Of a stretch of DNA of 64,000 bases, positions 21,811 to 35,489 are shown piece by piece; within the stretch, counting starts at the first letter, position 1; each line of letters begins with the position of its first letter. The notes below the pieces were generated by a model. It saw only the letters and a program-made list of their open reading frames with translations. It did not search any database and had not been told where the DNA came from. Made by a program: the position numbers and the translations under genes. This stretch comes from Camelus ferus (lineage: Eukaryota): assembly GCF_009834535.1 (NCBI RefSeq), contig NC_045707.1, positions 49,974,001 through 50,038,000 of the forward strand, given 5' to 3'.

Positions 21811-23826
21811 ACATCTTCCTACTGCCCAGGTGAGCTATGCCCTATTCTTTCTCCTACTCCATGTAGGAGAGGCAAGCGGACTCAGAAGATGTGGTGGGTC
21901 CTGACGCCCTTTCACAGGCGCACCTACACAAGCCTTTTCAGGAGGAGATGGGAGGCCTGACTTCTGCTTCAAGCCTTAACTTCATGCAAGAGGTGGTTAT
22001 TACCAGACAGCCTTGGCTTGGGGGGAATACTGAGTGGTTGAGCATCTGTCAGTCAAGTAGTGATTTGATTCCCATTCTGCCATTTTTATTCCCGCATACG
22101 GGTCCTGAAGACTGAGCACCGAGACAGTACAGCGAAGGTAGGATCCCAGCATATCTGGGTGGCTGTATAACAACTAAAAGCCACCACCCTTTACAAACTT
22201 ATCGGGGGGTGGAGGGAGGGGGTTGGGGTGGGGTGAATCTGTCTGAGGTCTCAGCGCCAGGAGTTGTTCTGTGCTTCCTAGCAACTGATCTGCTTTTGCC
22301 TTTTGGAGACTAAGAACCACGTAGAACTGATCATTCATTGGCTGGTAGAAATTTCCAAACTGAGTTGGCCGGCCAGTGCTGGCAAGCGGACTGGGGCTAG
22401 TGCACTGTGTATACCCCCTGCTTCTGGCTTCATCTTCATTTCCTACTGTGTCATGTCCCCATTTGCCCTGTGTGTTGTCTTGTAAGCAACTTATAAGCAG
22501 ATACTGGGCATTATATAATGTGCCTCTTGCAGAATTAATGCCCAGTAGATGAGTTTCCTTGGTCTTTGCCTTGTACTGAGCTTTACTAAGAACATTAGTT
22601 GTCTGCAGCCCTGTCTATGCTCTGGACTAATGGATTCCAGAAAATGAAGATGTAAGCAGAACCTCTTTTGGCCACCCTTTTCCCTCTGCTGTTCATTTTA
22701 AGTAAGAATTGGGCTTCAGCACAGTTTCAGAGAGGCCTGACTGACTTTCAGCTGGGCGGTGGTTTGAGTCCACTACAACCGTGAGTACGAAATACTTGTG
22801 GCTTTTGGATTGTAACTCGACAAGGGGCGTGAGCGGACCTCGTCCAGATCTTACCACTAGTCACCTTGAGTACTTAAGAGAGGAATTTTTATTCGCTGAA
22901 TTGCTAGAGTGAAGTCTGTAAATTTCTGTACCTCTGAGTCTTTGGTCTCCCCTAAAACAAATATATCATCTGCTTTAACAATCTCATAAGGTAAAAATTC
23001 TACATAGTGGAAAATTCTTGTAATTGTGTCAAGTTTCTTTATGTGAAAAAGAAGAAACCTTGCTCAGGCTGTCAGAATAATACAAGACAGCTTGTGGGGC
23101 TTTTTTTGCCTAGAGTTTGTGTGGGCAGGAAATTTATTCTTTGCTTGGTACATCTTTGAGCTGCGCACAGCTGTGTGAGATCTCGGTTCTTTACAAATTA
23201 CTAATAAAGAAGATAATGCCAACATTTGTACTCTTCTCAAAAGTCAACCACTGAAGATTTAAATCTAGATTTCTGGATAGAAAATCTTAATCTTTTGAGT
23301 CATGTCACTGTGCTTTTAAATTCACTTCTTAATGCTGAAGTGAACTAAAATTAGAATTTGGAATAAGCTGTAAGTAATGAAACAATTTTCTCATTCATCT
23401 AACATGTACTTACTGAACATCTAATCTATGTGTATGCGTTTAGAAATTAAAAAAAAAGTGATGACATGGTTTGCTCTCCAAGTACAAGGATTCTATTACG
23501 TTTTGGCCAAAGAGGAAGAAAGTAATATTTGTTGAGCCTTTTCTATGTGTCAGGGGCTTGGCTAGGTTTATATAACTGTTATGACATAAATATTATAGAT
23601 TCCATTTTACATATGAGGATACTGAAATTACCTGTAGGTAACAAAGTGGGATTTTAACCTCCAGAGTGGTTGATTCCAAAGCCTGCTCTATCACACTGCC
23701 TCCTATAATATAAATTTTCATCTTGCATAGAAAATTTTCTTTCATTTTACTTTTTAAAAATAGTCTCATAAATAATTTAATTCATTTGAAGTAGATTTAA
23801 ATCAGTCGAAAGCACAACAAAGATAA

Positions 23827-23852
23827 ATATATATATATATATATATATATAT
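23827..23852. repeat. (AT)13 microsatellite
   Basis: Direct reading. Confidence 0.95.
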
Positions 23853-24374
23853 CTGACATAACATAACCATTTATTTTTAGGTTAATGTGATATTGGATAT
23901 GAATGTGGAAAGTAAAGTGAAATAAAGCAGTCCATAAGGTGCTATTGAATGTGGTAGTTGTGGGGAAAGGGAAGAACTTTGGAGCTGTGCAGTCATTCTC
24001 AAAATCTGTGCTTCTCAAGTGTGGTCTGAGGACCTCTGGCTCAGAGTCCACTGCTCACTGAAAAGGGGATGTCCTAGCCCTAACTTACCACTCTGAGTCA
24101 GAATCTTTGAGAATGAGACCCAGAAATCCTCACTGAAACAAAATCTGTGGGTAAAGCCAATGCTCTAATGCCTTCCTTGACCTATATCATTTTTGGCTTT
24201 GGGGCCCAGAGCTTCCCCAGAACTAGGATAAGAAGATATTGAAACTGCTCATTTGCCACCATGTAAAACTGCTTGTCAATCCAAAAAAAAAAAAACAAAA
24301 CAAAACAAGAAACTCATTATGTGCAAAGTATTGTACTAGGTGCTGGTGGAAGATAAACAGAATTATGTGGGATG

Positions 24375-24520
24375 ACAGGGAACTATATTTAATAGCTTGT
24401 AATAACCTATAATGAAAAAAGTATGTTTTATATATAATCTCTGAATCACTATACTGTACACTAGAAACTAACACAACATTGTATATCAACTGTTCTTCAA
24501 TTAAAAAAAAAAAAGAAAAA
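24375..24520 (+). mobile_element. Artiodactyl-type L1 3' end with A-tail
   Basis: acagggaactatatt...ctgaatcactatactgtacactagaaactaacacaacattgtatatcaact...caattaaaaaaaaaaaa. Confidence 0.85.
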
Positions 24521-24937
24521 AGAATAGAATCTCCATTTAGAGTCCAAGTTCTGGGGCAGCCAAGGAGGCGGACTTCTTAGAATTCTTTTCAAGAAGGAAC
24601 TTAACAAGGAGTGGTATCAGACGGCAACCTCCAGCTGCAACAACTTTGAGGTTTGGCGTCATGTTTGAGACGAGGACACACTCTCTGCAGGGGCTGTAGC
24701 TGGTGACTGAGCCTGGCAGGGGTGCTAGGGCCTGGCCACCTTTGCTTAACTTGGGAATCCTCTACAGGAAACTGATGAGCTGGGCTGGCCAGGATGGTCT
24801 CAGAGCTGCACTGTGGGCTGAAGGCTCATCAGATCTGCTCCTGCTCCCTCCTCCCTTTACCATTCATAGGTATCACCCCCAGTAGGTCTTCTGCCTCTGT
24901 CTTGGTGTTTGTTCCTTGACACAAGCACCCCAAGAGA

Positions 24938-25391
24938 CAGGCCATCCCACTTCACAATGGTGTGAAAGCAATACTCGTTCAGTAGAAACTGTACCTCGAA
25001 TTTTGAATTTTGGTCTTTTCCCAGGCTAGTCAAGTGCCATATGACACTCTCTTGCGATGCTAGGTGGTAGCCGCAAGCCACAGCTCCCAGTTAGCCACGC
25101 AGTTATGAGCTGAACAACCGATACACTTACAACCATGCTTTTCACTTCCAGTACAGTCATCAATAAATCACATAAGATAGTCAAAACTTTATTATAAAAT
25201 GGGCTTTGTGTTAGATGATTTTGCCCAACTGTAGGCTAATGTAAGTGTTCTGAGCATTTTTAAGGTAGGCTGGACTAAGCTGTGATGTTCGGTAGGTTGA
25301 GTGTATTGAATTCCTTTTTCACTTAGGATATTTTGAACTGGCGATAGGTTTATCGAGACATAATCCCATCATAAGTCAAGGAAGATCTGTA
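24938..25391. mobile_element. MER47/Tigger5-like TcMar DNA transposon
   Basis: cagtagaaactgtac...tttattataaaatgggctttgtgttagatgattttgcccaactgtaggctaatgtaagtgttctgagc...aagtcaaggaagatctg, followed by TA. Confidence 0.8.
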
Positions 25392-26140
25392 TAGACAACG
25401 TCTTTCTTATTCCCTAATAATACACACACACACACATGTGCGCACATTCATACTCAGACGAGTGCACACACCAAAATCTGCTTCTTTGTTTGCATGCAAG
25501 TTTTGTTTTCTAGTACAGAAGAGAAACCAGAAAACAGGAAAGGCAAGCCGGCAGGTAACGGCAGTGTCCGTTGTTGAGCTGGTCCGGATTGGATTTGTAT
25601 CTCTTTTGTGGTTGGCGTGGGTTTGTATGCTTAGGTTTGCACGGATGGCTAGATTCATGTCCTCGTACTTACAGAAAATGACAGGACCTGTAGGCCACCC
25701 TGGGGCTGATGAAGAAGACTGCTCAAAGCTGGCTGACAGTGTTAGGGTTCTGGTCCCTCCATTCCCACCAGGCTGCCCTGGGGGCCAACGGAATCAGTGT
25801 CCCCTGGAACCTTTATGGTCACTGCTGGGCCGTGGGACATGGGGGGAAGCTCTGCTGTTAGCTCATAGATCTCGTCTACAAGCTTCTGGCCGCCTGAGCA
25901 ACTGCTAAATGGCTGAGTTGACCCAGAAGGCGAGGAGACCTGCTGCCTAGCTCTTCATCAGACTCAGAGATGTTTGAGCGCCTCAGGGCCCAAAACATTC
26001 GGTACCATCTGCAGCTGGCATCTTGGATGTAGATGCTGCCATTTTACAGTGTCATTTTGTGTGTGAAGAAAAAGAACAGAACAGACTGTGTGGTGACTGA
26101 GGCTGACAGACTGGCTTATGAGAAACCATGAGTGAGATCT

Positions 26141-27072
26141 TGTGATTTATAAGAAATATATATTCGATCATTCAGATGACTGACATATGTTTTTCATATA
26201 CATTGGGTCTTCATCCAATGTTCCAGGCTCACAGCTTTCAAAACCTTTGGAATTTCCTGGGCAGTCAGAGCAATGGGAGCATTTTGGGGCACAGTATTTG
26301 GTCTTTTGTCCTCAGTTCCTGAACACTTCAGAGTCATAAAGATGAAATGGATGTCTTTTTATTCATAACAAGCCCCTTTCCACCACAACTGAGTTTATGT
26401 TAAGGATGTGGCTTTTGTGAGGACTGAGCGTGGAGGCTGGTTGTCAAGGGACTCAACCAAGATGAGGGGGTTGGAACTTTCAACCCCATCCCCCGACTTC
26501 CGAGGAGAGGAGAGGGGCTGGAGATTGAGTTCAGTCACCAATGGCCAATGGCCTAATCTATCACACCTCAGTAATGAGGCCTCCATACAACCCCAAAAGG
26601 ATGGGGTTCAGAGAGCTTTTGGGCTGGTGAAAATGGGAACATATGGGGAGAGTGGTGGGCTTGGAGAGAGCTTGGAAGTTCCATGCCCTTTCCTCATACC
26701 ACGCCCTAGGCATCTCTTCCATCTCGCTTTATGTGCTGTATGCTTTATAATAAATTGGTAATCTGGTGAGTAAGTGGATTTCCTGAGTTCTGTGAACCAC
26801 TTCAGCAAATGAATCAAACCCAAGGAGGGGGTCCTGGGAACCTCTGATTTATACTCAGACAGAAGTACAGGTAATAACCTGAATTTGTGATTGGCATCTG
26901 AAGTGGAGGGTGGTCTTGTGGGACTGAGCCCTTTACCTGTGGAATCTGGTACTATCTCAGGGTAGGTAGTATCTAAATTGAGTTGAAGTGCAGGATGCCC
27001 AGCTTGTGTTCGAAAATTGCTTGTGGGTGGTTTGAGGAAACCCCTCCGCCATCAGAAACTGGTGACCAGAGA
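26141..27072 (+). mobile_element. MER21-like ERV solo LTR
   Basis: gggttggaactttcaacccc...gagaggggctggagattgagttc...ttcctgagttctgtgaaccacttcagcaaat...cttgtgggactgagccct. Confidence 0.8.
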
Positions 27073-27799
27073 CCCTTTAATGAAGAACCCTTTGGGGACA
27101 CCCAGAAAAAAGTTGTGGGACACTTAGATGAGTTATTGGAGGAAACTTTTTAATACAAGAAAGAGCTGAGTTACAAGAAAACTATTTCTCAGGGTAGGTG
27201 TGAGGATTAAAGAAGATAAGTCAGGTGATGTCTGGCACACAGTAAGTACTCTGTTAGTGGTGAGGGAGGTTGTATGTATTGGGTCTTCTATTAAATCTCT
27301 GTCTACAGGTAACAGAAAATAACTCAAACATACTGAAACTGACAAAAAAAAAATTCTGTGTGTGTGTGTGTGGAAGGTGGGGTGTGGTGGGTGTGGTGTT
27401 TATTGTAAGAAAATAGCGTTCTCTCATGGCACCTGAGGACCAGAATTTGCTTGGCTCTCAGGAGGGACTAGAACCAAGAACTGAAAAACCATTCATTCAG
27501 AACTCAGGCTACTTCACTAAGTGAATTTCTCTACAAACCAACTTCCTCTACTTCTCAGTCCACTTGGTGGGTGAAAATGGCACACTGCAACTCCTGAGTT
27601 CACCTCCACTTCAGTCCTTATGGAGACTTCTCAAAAGAATATCTTGTTGGCCTAATTTGGGTGATGTGTCCAAACAGTCTTCAAATAACTTTTAGCCTGG
27701 AGTGTGGAACCCCAGAGCGTGAACATAGACCTTTGGTGGCCCTCCCGGGACTGAGGTGAGCAGATGCCCAGTGCAGCTCTACCTAAGGCCTGATGAAGG

Positions 27800-28157
27800 G
27801 CTCAGCGGGGAACAGAGAGGATACTTATCTTAGGAGAACTTGAGAAGAGTTGAATAAAAGGACTCCTTGCAGAGTTGAGCCAGGCTGTTCCACCCCTGGA
27901 CCCAACCAGAAGCCAAGGCACAGAAGAATTGTGAAATGCTTCTGTGGGCTGTAACCCAAGATGACCGAGCAAAGAGTGAGCCTGGGAAGTAAGCTCCCTC
28001 ATGTCACTCACCTCCCTCCCTCAGATCTCTTGCAAGTCACTCCATTGGTCGAACCAGGAGGGAAGGAAGACCTGGAGAGGCCAGCCTGCCAGGGAGGAGA
28101 ACAGGAGCGGAAAGGGAAAGGGTGTGTCAGGAGGGCAGAGGGATACATCTGGCACTG
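27800..28157 (-). mobile_element. LTR33-like ERVL LTR fragment
   Basis: ctccattggtcgaacc...cccaaccagaagccaa...atctggcac resembles antisense LTR33. Confidence 0.45.
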
Positions 28158-30199
28158 ATAGGTTTCACATTACTTAGTAACACTAAAGGAGATCACTCCT
28201 CTACCTCATATTTATTGGCTCTCTTTAGAAAGCAAACCAGCAAGTTTATAGCATCATACCACTCATTGGGGCCCTAATAGCCATAATTCCCACTTCAACC
28301 AAAATAGGCTATTAACCATTCTACTTACTCCACACTGCCATCCTTCCCCCTTCCCCCACCCCTACCCCCGCTCAACCATCCAGGACAGAATTCCAATCCC
28401 ACCTACTTCCTAAAGTCTTCCACTGAATAATCTCTCCCGTCTCTGATTGCTTTAAATTTTGGGAGACTTGGTGCTGATTCATTTCCTACTCTGTGCTGTA
28501 ATTTTCACCCCACTTCCTGCTCACTCTCCCCTGTATCCCTGTGGAAACTTGCACAGACCACGGCCCAGAGAAGACACTCAGGAATGTTTGCTAAGTTGTT
28601 GTGGAAGGAGTTTGAAGAGTTTGGCAAATCTCATTTTTGGGGGGTGGCATTTCTTCTTTTAAGATTACTTAATGGATTCTTTGAGCTTGAAACTTGGAAA
28701 TACACAGTTCAACAAGTTAGAACGTTTGTGGAAGGATTTATGTTTACTGCACAACACTGGCACAGCTCTGTGGCTGCCCTTGGGTTACGTTTGAAGAACT
28801 TGTAGTTGTTTTGACTGTTCCTGAGGAAGGCTTAGCATTAGCTAATACAGGAGTGAATCACTCTCTTATCTCCTGTAAAGCATAAGAAGTGGAATTAAAA
28901 TTATTAAAACCCCTCTGGACTGCATCTTGAGATGATATTAAGTTTAAATCAAGTCACACAAGATAAAATTGAAGGTGAGTCCGAAAATATACATACAATA
29001 TTCTGTTTCACACCTTTTAATCTTATTCTAAGAATTCATTTGGGGTCTGGAAAACCACCCAGTTTTGCAAGTAGGACATTACAATCAGGAAAGAGTTCAC
29101 CCTTTCCAGTCTCCTAATCTCAAGATCACACTCAAGACTTCTGTCTGTATATTTAGAGACATTCCCCTAGAATTGTAGTTACAATTTAAGGCCAGACTGT
29201 TAAAATAGGGGTGGTTAGCCTTCCTTCTTTTTCAGCCTGCCTTCTATCCATCCTGTTACTTCCATATTGAACCTCTTGTCATTGATCCTCTAGACTCTTT
29301 TATGTTCCCACCTGCAGTGGAAGACCACACCACATCTCTCCTGCCTGCTTACAAAGTGTTGAATTTTCTTGACCCCAGGGCTCTTCCACAAAGTTGAGAG
29401 TACTTACTAAGAACACACTAGTAAATCAAGTAGGAGTTCAACAATGGGGGCCCAAGTACCTGGAAAGGTTTGTGAGAAGGATTAAATAAGGTAATGCCTG
29501 CAAAGCGGTGGACCCTAGAGGCACGTGATTAAACACAAAATAGACATTGGCTCTGCAGTTCTCCAAATAATGAGAAAATGGCCTCCCTTTCCAAGATTAC
29601 TCATCTTTGGAGGCCAGACAAAACTGGTGTGGCATGCAGTCAGCACTGTGCTTCCTACCACTTCTCTGTACTTGCTTGGTGGGTGAATAAGCAAGTTTGG
29701 AAAAGAACAACTTTGGGCTCAGTGAGCTCATGTTCTTTTGCACCCCCAGCGATAACATCTAGAAAACAATAGTACTCACCTCCTACATAGCCTCCCAAAA
29801 ATGCTTCGGTGCTTCTCGTTGACAGATTCCATCTCTCTCTCAGGGTTCTAAATTCCTAAACTCTTAAGATTAAGCTTCTGCTGCAGTCCTAAACTCTGCC
29901 TCTTGGGAGGTAGGCAGCACTTTAATATCAAATGAAGAGAGTTTAACTGGGGAGCTACCCTTCTGGCCGTGGTAACCAGTGTTACTGGAAGAATACCAGA
30001 CTATTACAGAAAAATCCAATCCTGAATTCCCAGCTTGTAAGACATTTTGTTTCTTCTCTTTGAGTTCTCCAGTTTCCTTCAAGTATACCATTGATCGTAT
30101 CTTCCCTCTTCCCAAGCCCGAAAATCCTGCAGTGAGTGGTAAGAATAACAATAAATACCACCAATTACACTGTGGTGAACTCTTGGCATACGCTGTCCC

Positions 30200-30375
30200 A
30201 TTCAGTTCTCATAGTAACGCTCCGATGTAGGTCTGAACATTATTTCCATTTTACAGGTGAGCTACTGAGATCCGGGGAGGTCAGTTGCCCAAAGTCAAAT
30301 TGCTGGTAAATGGTGAAGTCAGAACTTAAGCTCATTTCTGAATCCAAAGCCAGTGCTTTTAATCTCTGTGCCTGA
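30200..30375 (-). mobile_element. MIR SINE
   Basis: ccattttacaggtgagctactgag...ttgcccaaagtca...tccaaagccagtgcttttaa. Confidence 0.7.
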
Positions 30376-31129
30376 CTATACCTGGGACCTTCCCCACTCT
30401 AAACTTCCTTCTCACCTGGCCAGTTTTTAATGATGGTTTTGGCTATATTCACTTAAGTATCTTGTTTCTGTCTGTTAGTCTGGGTTGATATTTAATTCAG
30501 TTTAATGCTATGCTGAGCTCTGTAACAGAGACAAAGAATTTTGCTTTTAATGTTCTTAAGACTTAACTTTGTTCATCCGGGTAAGGTGGGCATCTGTTTG
30601 GAGAGTAAATTCTGGCCTCACATCCTTCTCTACACAAAATTAGTGAAACATTAGCAAAGCACTGGGCACAAGGCATTAATCTTTTGGTTCTGTTAACTAC
30701 TGACTCCCTGGAACGACCACCCAATTAACCTATTGGTTAAGCAAAGCCAAGTTTATTGCTTACTGCAGTGAGAAAGATCACCATCTTGACATAATCTGAG
30801 TGTGTCTCAGAGGGGGACAGCAGGGGTAGATAGTTATAAGGTTGAGGTGAGATTTTCCCATGTGGAGACCTGCTTGTAACTGGGCCAGGTTAGTAATACA
30901 GTGGTTTAAGATTGGTCAACTCGGAAGACCTGGGTTTTGAGGTGACTCTTGGTAAGTACAAGCCCTTTGATAAACACTCTGGTTTTCCCAGTTGAGCTGT
31001 CTATTCTTCGGATAAATGACCTTTCAGGATGTTCTTGAGACAGATATTTTGCAGCTTTATCTTCTTGGACAAGAATTTCCCAGAAGAGAAAGTCGTGTTA
31101 ATGGAGCCAATCCTATTTCATGTATTTGC

Positions 31130-31290
31130 AAGCAGCTTTCCGCAGCTCTTTATGTCTCTTATCTGTAAATGGAGACGATTATAGCACTCACCTCACAGAG
31201 CTGTTATGAGGTTTAATGAGTTAATGGAGGCTAAGCATTTAGCAAAGTGCCTGGCACATAGAAGGTGCTATGAATGTATTTATTATCATC
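31130..31290 (+). mobile_element. MIR SINE
   Basis: atctgtaaatggag...cacctcacagagctgttatgagg...gtgcctggcacatagaaggtgct. Confidence 0.75.
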
Positions 31291-31699
31291 TTTACAACCT
31301 AGTACATTTTCATTAGTCTTGCCCTTGCCAGACTGAGGAGGACTTCCAATCTAAATGGATTTTTCACAGGATTTTTTTCTGATAAGATCAGATTGGTAGC
31401 AATGCTAGTCCTCCGACAACTTCATGTTACTTTGTTTTTTAAGTCATTCTGAATAAACAAAATTCATAGCATTTGCATATGTTTCCCTAGCTTTTCTCTT
31501 TCCTGAACTCCAGGTGAGTATTTTCCGTCAGAAATGAAACTCAGTTTCCCAAAGTGGAACTTCCCACCTTTCCTTTCTCAGTGTATTCTCCCAGCACCCA
31601 TCTTGGCAGTACTCAAACCACTTAACACAGGGCTGAATTCAGAGTCATCTCTGATGTTCTACCCCACCCTCCTGTGCAGGCGGATGAATGTTGAAGGTC

Positions 31700-32790
31700 T
31701 CATTCGTTCAGCAAATTTTAGTTGAATACCTTTTATGTTGCAGGTGCTGTGACCAGTATAGGAAATAAAACGATGAGCAAAACAGATATGGAACCTCCCC
31801 TCATGGAGCATACAGTCTACTGTAGAGATGGATATTAATCAGATTTAAAGTTACAATTGCCCCAAGTGCTTTTGGGGAAGGGGTGACATAAATACAGGCA
31901 TGTCATGAAAACTGAGACTGCTTGCATCCATGTACTTTAGCTGGGGACCCAGAACTAAGGTCACCCACATCAATGTGACTTCATTCTTTGTTCCAGTAAT
32001 TCTTGCCCTGGGAGCTAAGGCTATATACCAGTAAATGACTTTATCATTTGCTTTAGGAATTTCCTAAAAATCAATTTATCTGAACTTTAGCTATTCAAAC
32101 AGTCAATTTCTCAGGCTAATAGAACACTTACCTGGTAAACTCCTTGCTCATCAAACAGCTGTTTACTTATCAAGATTTGCTCAAAACCCTGTAAATATCA
32201 GCTCCTGACTTCTTCCTTCTGAGACATTTCTAAGTTTTACTTGATTGACAGCTTATGCTGGTAGACTGTTGGAGATTCTATACTCAATAATCATTATAAA
32301 CTGATAGGTGCTATGAAATCAAAACACAGGGACAAGCGTGGGTAGCAAGGGACCTGATCTAGTATCAGAGTGGGGAAGGAGAATCTGGAAAGTTCCAGAA
32401 GGAAATGATGTTAGAACTGAAAACTTAATATCAAGGGGGATCTAACTAGATAAAGAGTGAAGGAGGGAGAGTGTTCCAGGCAAAGGCCTTGAGTTGGGAG
32501 AGAACTATCTTTTTCTAGAATAGAAAGAAGGCTGTTATGGCTGGAGCAGTGAATACAGAGGATAGCATCATAATGACCTTGTATGATATGTTGAAGATTG
32601 ATGTGCTTATCCCTGTAAGTAAAGGGACGCTACTGGAGGGTTTAAAGCAGAAGAGTAATAGGATCTGATTTGACATCTTAACAAGCTAACGCTGGCTATT
32701 GAATGGATGTTGTGGATTGTAGAGAAGTAAAAGTTGATAGGAGAGATAGTTAAAAGCTGCTAAAGAACTCCAGAAAAAAGACCAAGTGGA
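31700..32790 (-). mobile_element. L2 fragments, with an unidentified LTR-like insert at about 31880-32290
   Basis: cattcgttcagcaaat...ctcatggagcatacagtcta and gagtgttccaggcaaaggccttgag...ctactggagggtttaaagcag are antisense L2. Confidence 0.65.
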
Positions 32791-33204
32791 TTTGTCACCT
32801 GTGTTGTAATCCAGATCCATTCTGCACTACCCGCTCCTGGTCCAGGTTTTCACCATAGCCTCTTACCTGAATCTAACCTAGTCCATTCTAACCCAACTCC
32901 ATAAACTAACTAGCTCTCTGATCTCAGAATCTTGTTTTATAAAACGGAGCCAGTAATAACACATATGCTTCTCATTTCATTCAACAAAAATTTTTGAGCA
33001 CCTTTTATATACCCGGCATGTGCTAAGTCCGTAAAATTTACTCATGACCAAGACAGACACACCCCGCCCCCGCCAAAGCCATAGGATCAAGTAAAACAAT
33101 GCATGTCAAAGCTCTTTGAAAATTGTAAAGCTTTAGGTATTGTATTTTTTAAAATTTTCTGTTTATTATGATATTTTGATATCTTAAAAAAAAAAAAAAA
33201 CCTG

Positions 33205-33700
33205 GCTGGGGAGAGACTGCTCCTTCTGCAGCTAGCAAACTTAGATATAGCCAACAACTCAGCCAGGAGCACGCCTTTGATATGCAAACTAACCAGTCCA
33301 GAGCTGTTTCTCCTCTATCAGGTCCTACGCCCCATCAGACAATATTCCTCTGCCTGAATCTACTTAGACCAGGTGTCAGGCAACTGGAGACTATTCTTAC
33401 AGTTTAGGGCCCACTGAAATGATTCAAACCAGCCAGTCCTAGAAGGTTTACAAGGCACTGCCTGTCTTTCCCACAGAAACTCCCCAAAGGTTTTGCCCCC
33501 GGCTTGCCCCTTGTTCCTGTCTTCTGCCTGAAGACAAATCCCAAGCAAAGTTTGGTGCTTCCCCTGTAACCCTGTGTGGCAAGCAGTGACTCCCCTCTCT
33601 AACCCTGTGAGTACAGGATGTTTCCTTGTGCCTCTCCTGCGTCCCACAAGGGCCGCTCCTGACTGACCATCATATAAAAGAACAAAGACTACATTAGCAC
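33205..33700 (+). mobile_element. MER74-like ERVL LTR
   Basis: atatgcaaactaaccagtccagagc...caggcaactggagac...attcaaaccagccagtccta...ttcccacagaaac. Confidence 0.6.
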
Positions 33701-34205
33701 TTTTGATTTCAAGTGACAACGACACAGACCAAACAGCATGAACTAAAGGGAATTTATTTGTTTGTGTACCTGAAAGGTCTAGCAGTAGCTAGATATTAGG
33801 CATCTTCGGGTCTACGAGATGGAATGATGACATCAGGGATCTGAATTTTCCTCCATCTCCTAAATAGGCTATTTCCACATCATGGACAAATGGCCACCAG
33901 CAGTGGAAGAACAATCTTGGCAGAAAGTGTACGTCCTTTGTGAGAGCTTCACGAGAAAAGTTCAGGGCCGAATTCTGATTGACCTGGCTTAGCTGATGCG
34001 TCCATCCTTGTTTCAACCTAAGGCCAGTGCCCGCCTTGACGCGGTACTCTGTCAGGGCCTGGATCATGTGTCTATTCCTGGAGGAAGGAACTGGGGGAGT
34101 CAGTCCTCCCAAGCAATGTTTCCAGGAGATGCTGTGAGGGAAGATTTGTTCCCCAGTGGAAGGTTTGCTGGGTGAAGGAAGAACAGCCACAATGACATGT
34201 GCACA
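33700..34205 (-). mobile_element. MLT1J/K-like MaLR LTR
   Basis: caagtgacaac...aaagggaatttattt...tgaaaggtctag...atggccaccagcag...ttctgattgacctggcttag. Confidence 0.55.
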
Positions 34206-35489
34206 ATAAAAATGTTGCAAACAAGTATTAGGCTTTATAATTAGGACTCACATATCTGATGTCTCTGTGACAGCTTTATGGGTCTCAACATAAATAGAAG
34301 ACAGAAGGAAGATAAAATAAGATGGAAAAGAGGAAAATGGAATAATAATAGCTAGAGGATGACATTGTGTGTATCAGATGACAGTGACCTGAAGGTGTTT
34401 TTAGTCTGAGGAAGGTGAAGTTGAAAACATTGGAGAGAAAGGGGAAAAAAAATTGATGGGAAAAGTTCAAGGAGGAGGAAGAATAAAGAACATAGAAAGA
34501 GGGTTTTAGCTTTGAGGAGGGCTGTCTCATCTTTTAACAGAGGAAAGAAAGGTTTTGATGGCTGTGGGTATATCATACTTAAAAATCGTCCATTTTTAAA
34601 GACAATTTATTTCTTGAAACACCTCTTATACAGGAATTGTCTTAACATTGTTTCATAATTTAATTGCAGCATTTTTTCTTAGTGTTATATGAAATAATGG
34701 TTCTTCTTATAATGAATAGTCTCTTAGATTTGATGAAATTTGGCTGGTAATTATATCAGTAATCTGAGGGCTTTCGTATTTGACCCCCTCCATGCTCGTT
34801 GTTTTCTGAGCAAGTGAAGTGAAAGATGAGGTGAGGTCATTTGCCAGTAGGGAGGGGGTTGGAATTTGGATGAGGTCAGTCCATCTCTGGCTCTGGATTG
34901 ACCCTTAGCTTCACCAGTGACTAGCAGGGTCCTTGGTCAAATTTAACTTCCTTAAGCTTCAGTTTTCTCATCTATAAAATAATAGTACCAATCTTATATG
35001 TTTGAAGACTAAATGAGATAAACGCATGAAAAAACCAAACTGAACATGTTGCCTGGGCCGTGGAAAGTGTGAATAAAGTTTAGTTGCTGTGGTGGTTCTT
35101 ATCTTTCTTTTTGGTTCAGAGAAGTGTGAATGTTTGGCAGAATGACTGTGGCGAATGGGAGAAAAGAGTAGGGGCAGGGCTGAGAACCCATCTGAGAGTT
35201 GAAACAGTAAACCCGCCTACAGTGCCCCTGTCTGCCCAGTGCTCCCAGTGCCATAAATTCCTCCAACTGATCAGGTTCAGGATGTTTGAGGGCGGCAACA
35301 CGCCAATCATGTCCCCTGCTGCTGGGCCTTAGCTTTTCCTGCTCTTTTGCTGGAAATACCTTTCCCCCATCACCACCTGTCTCCCGCCCTCACTTCATTC
35401 AGACTTTACTTCAAATGTCATGTCTACATGGATGCCTCCCTGACCACCTCCTACCGTGGCTCTCTCCACCTCACCCTGCTTGGTATTTT

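Noticed and set aside
25438..25908. 156-aa ORF, the longest non-ATP2B1 ORF in the track
   Set aside because: GTG start beside a CA repeat, no recognisable domain and no evident splice context. This length is plausible by chance in 64 kb read in six frames.
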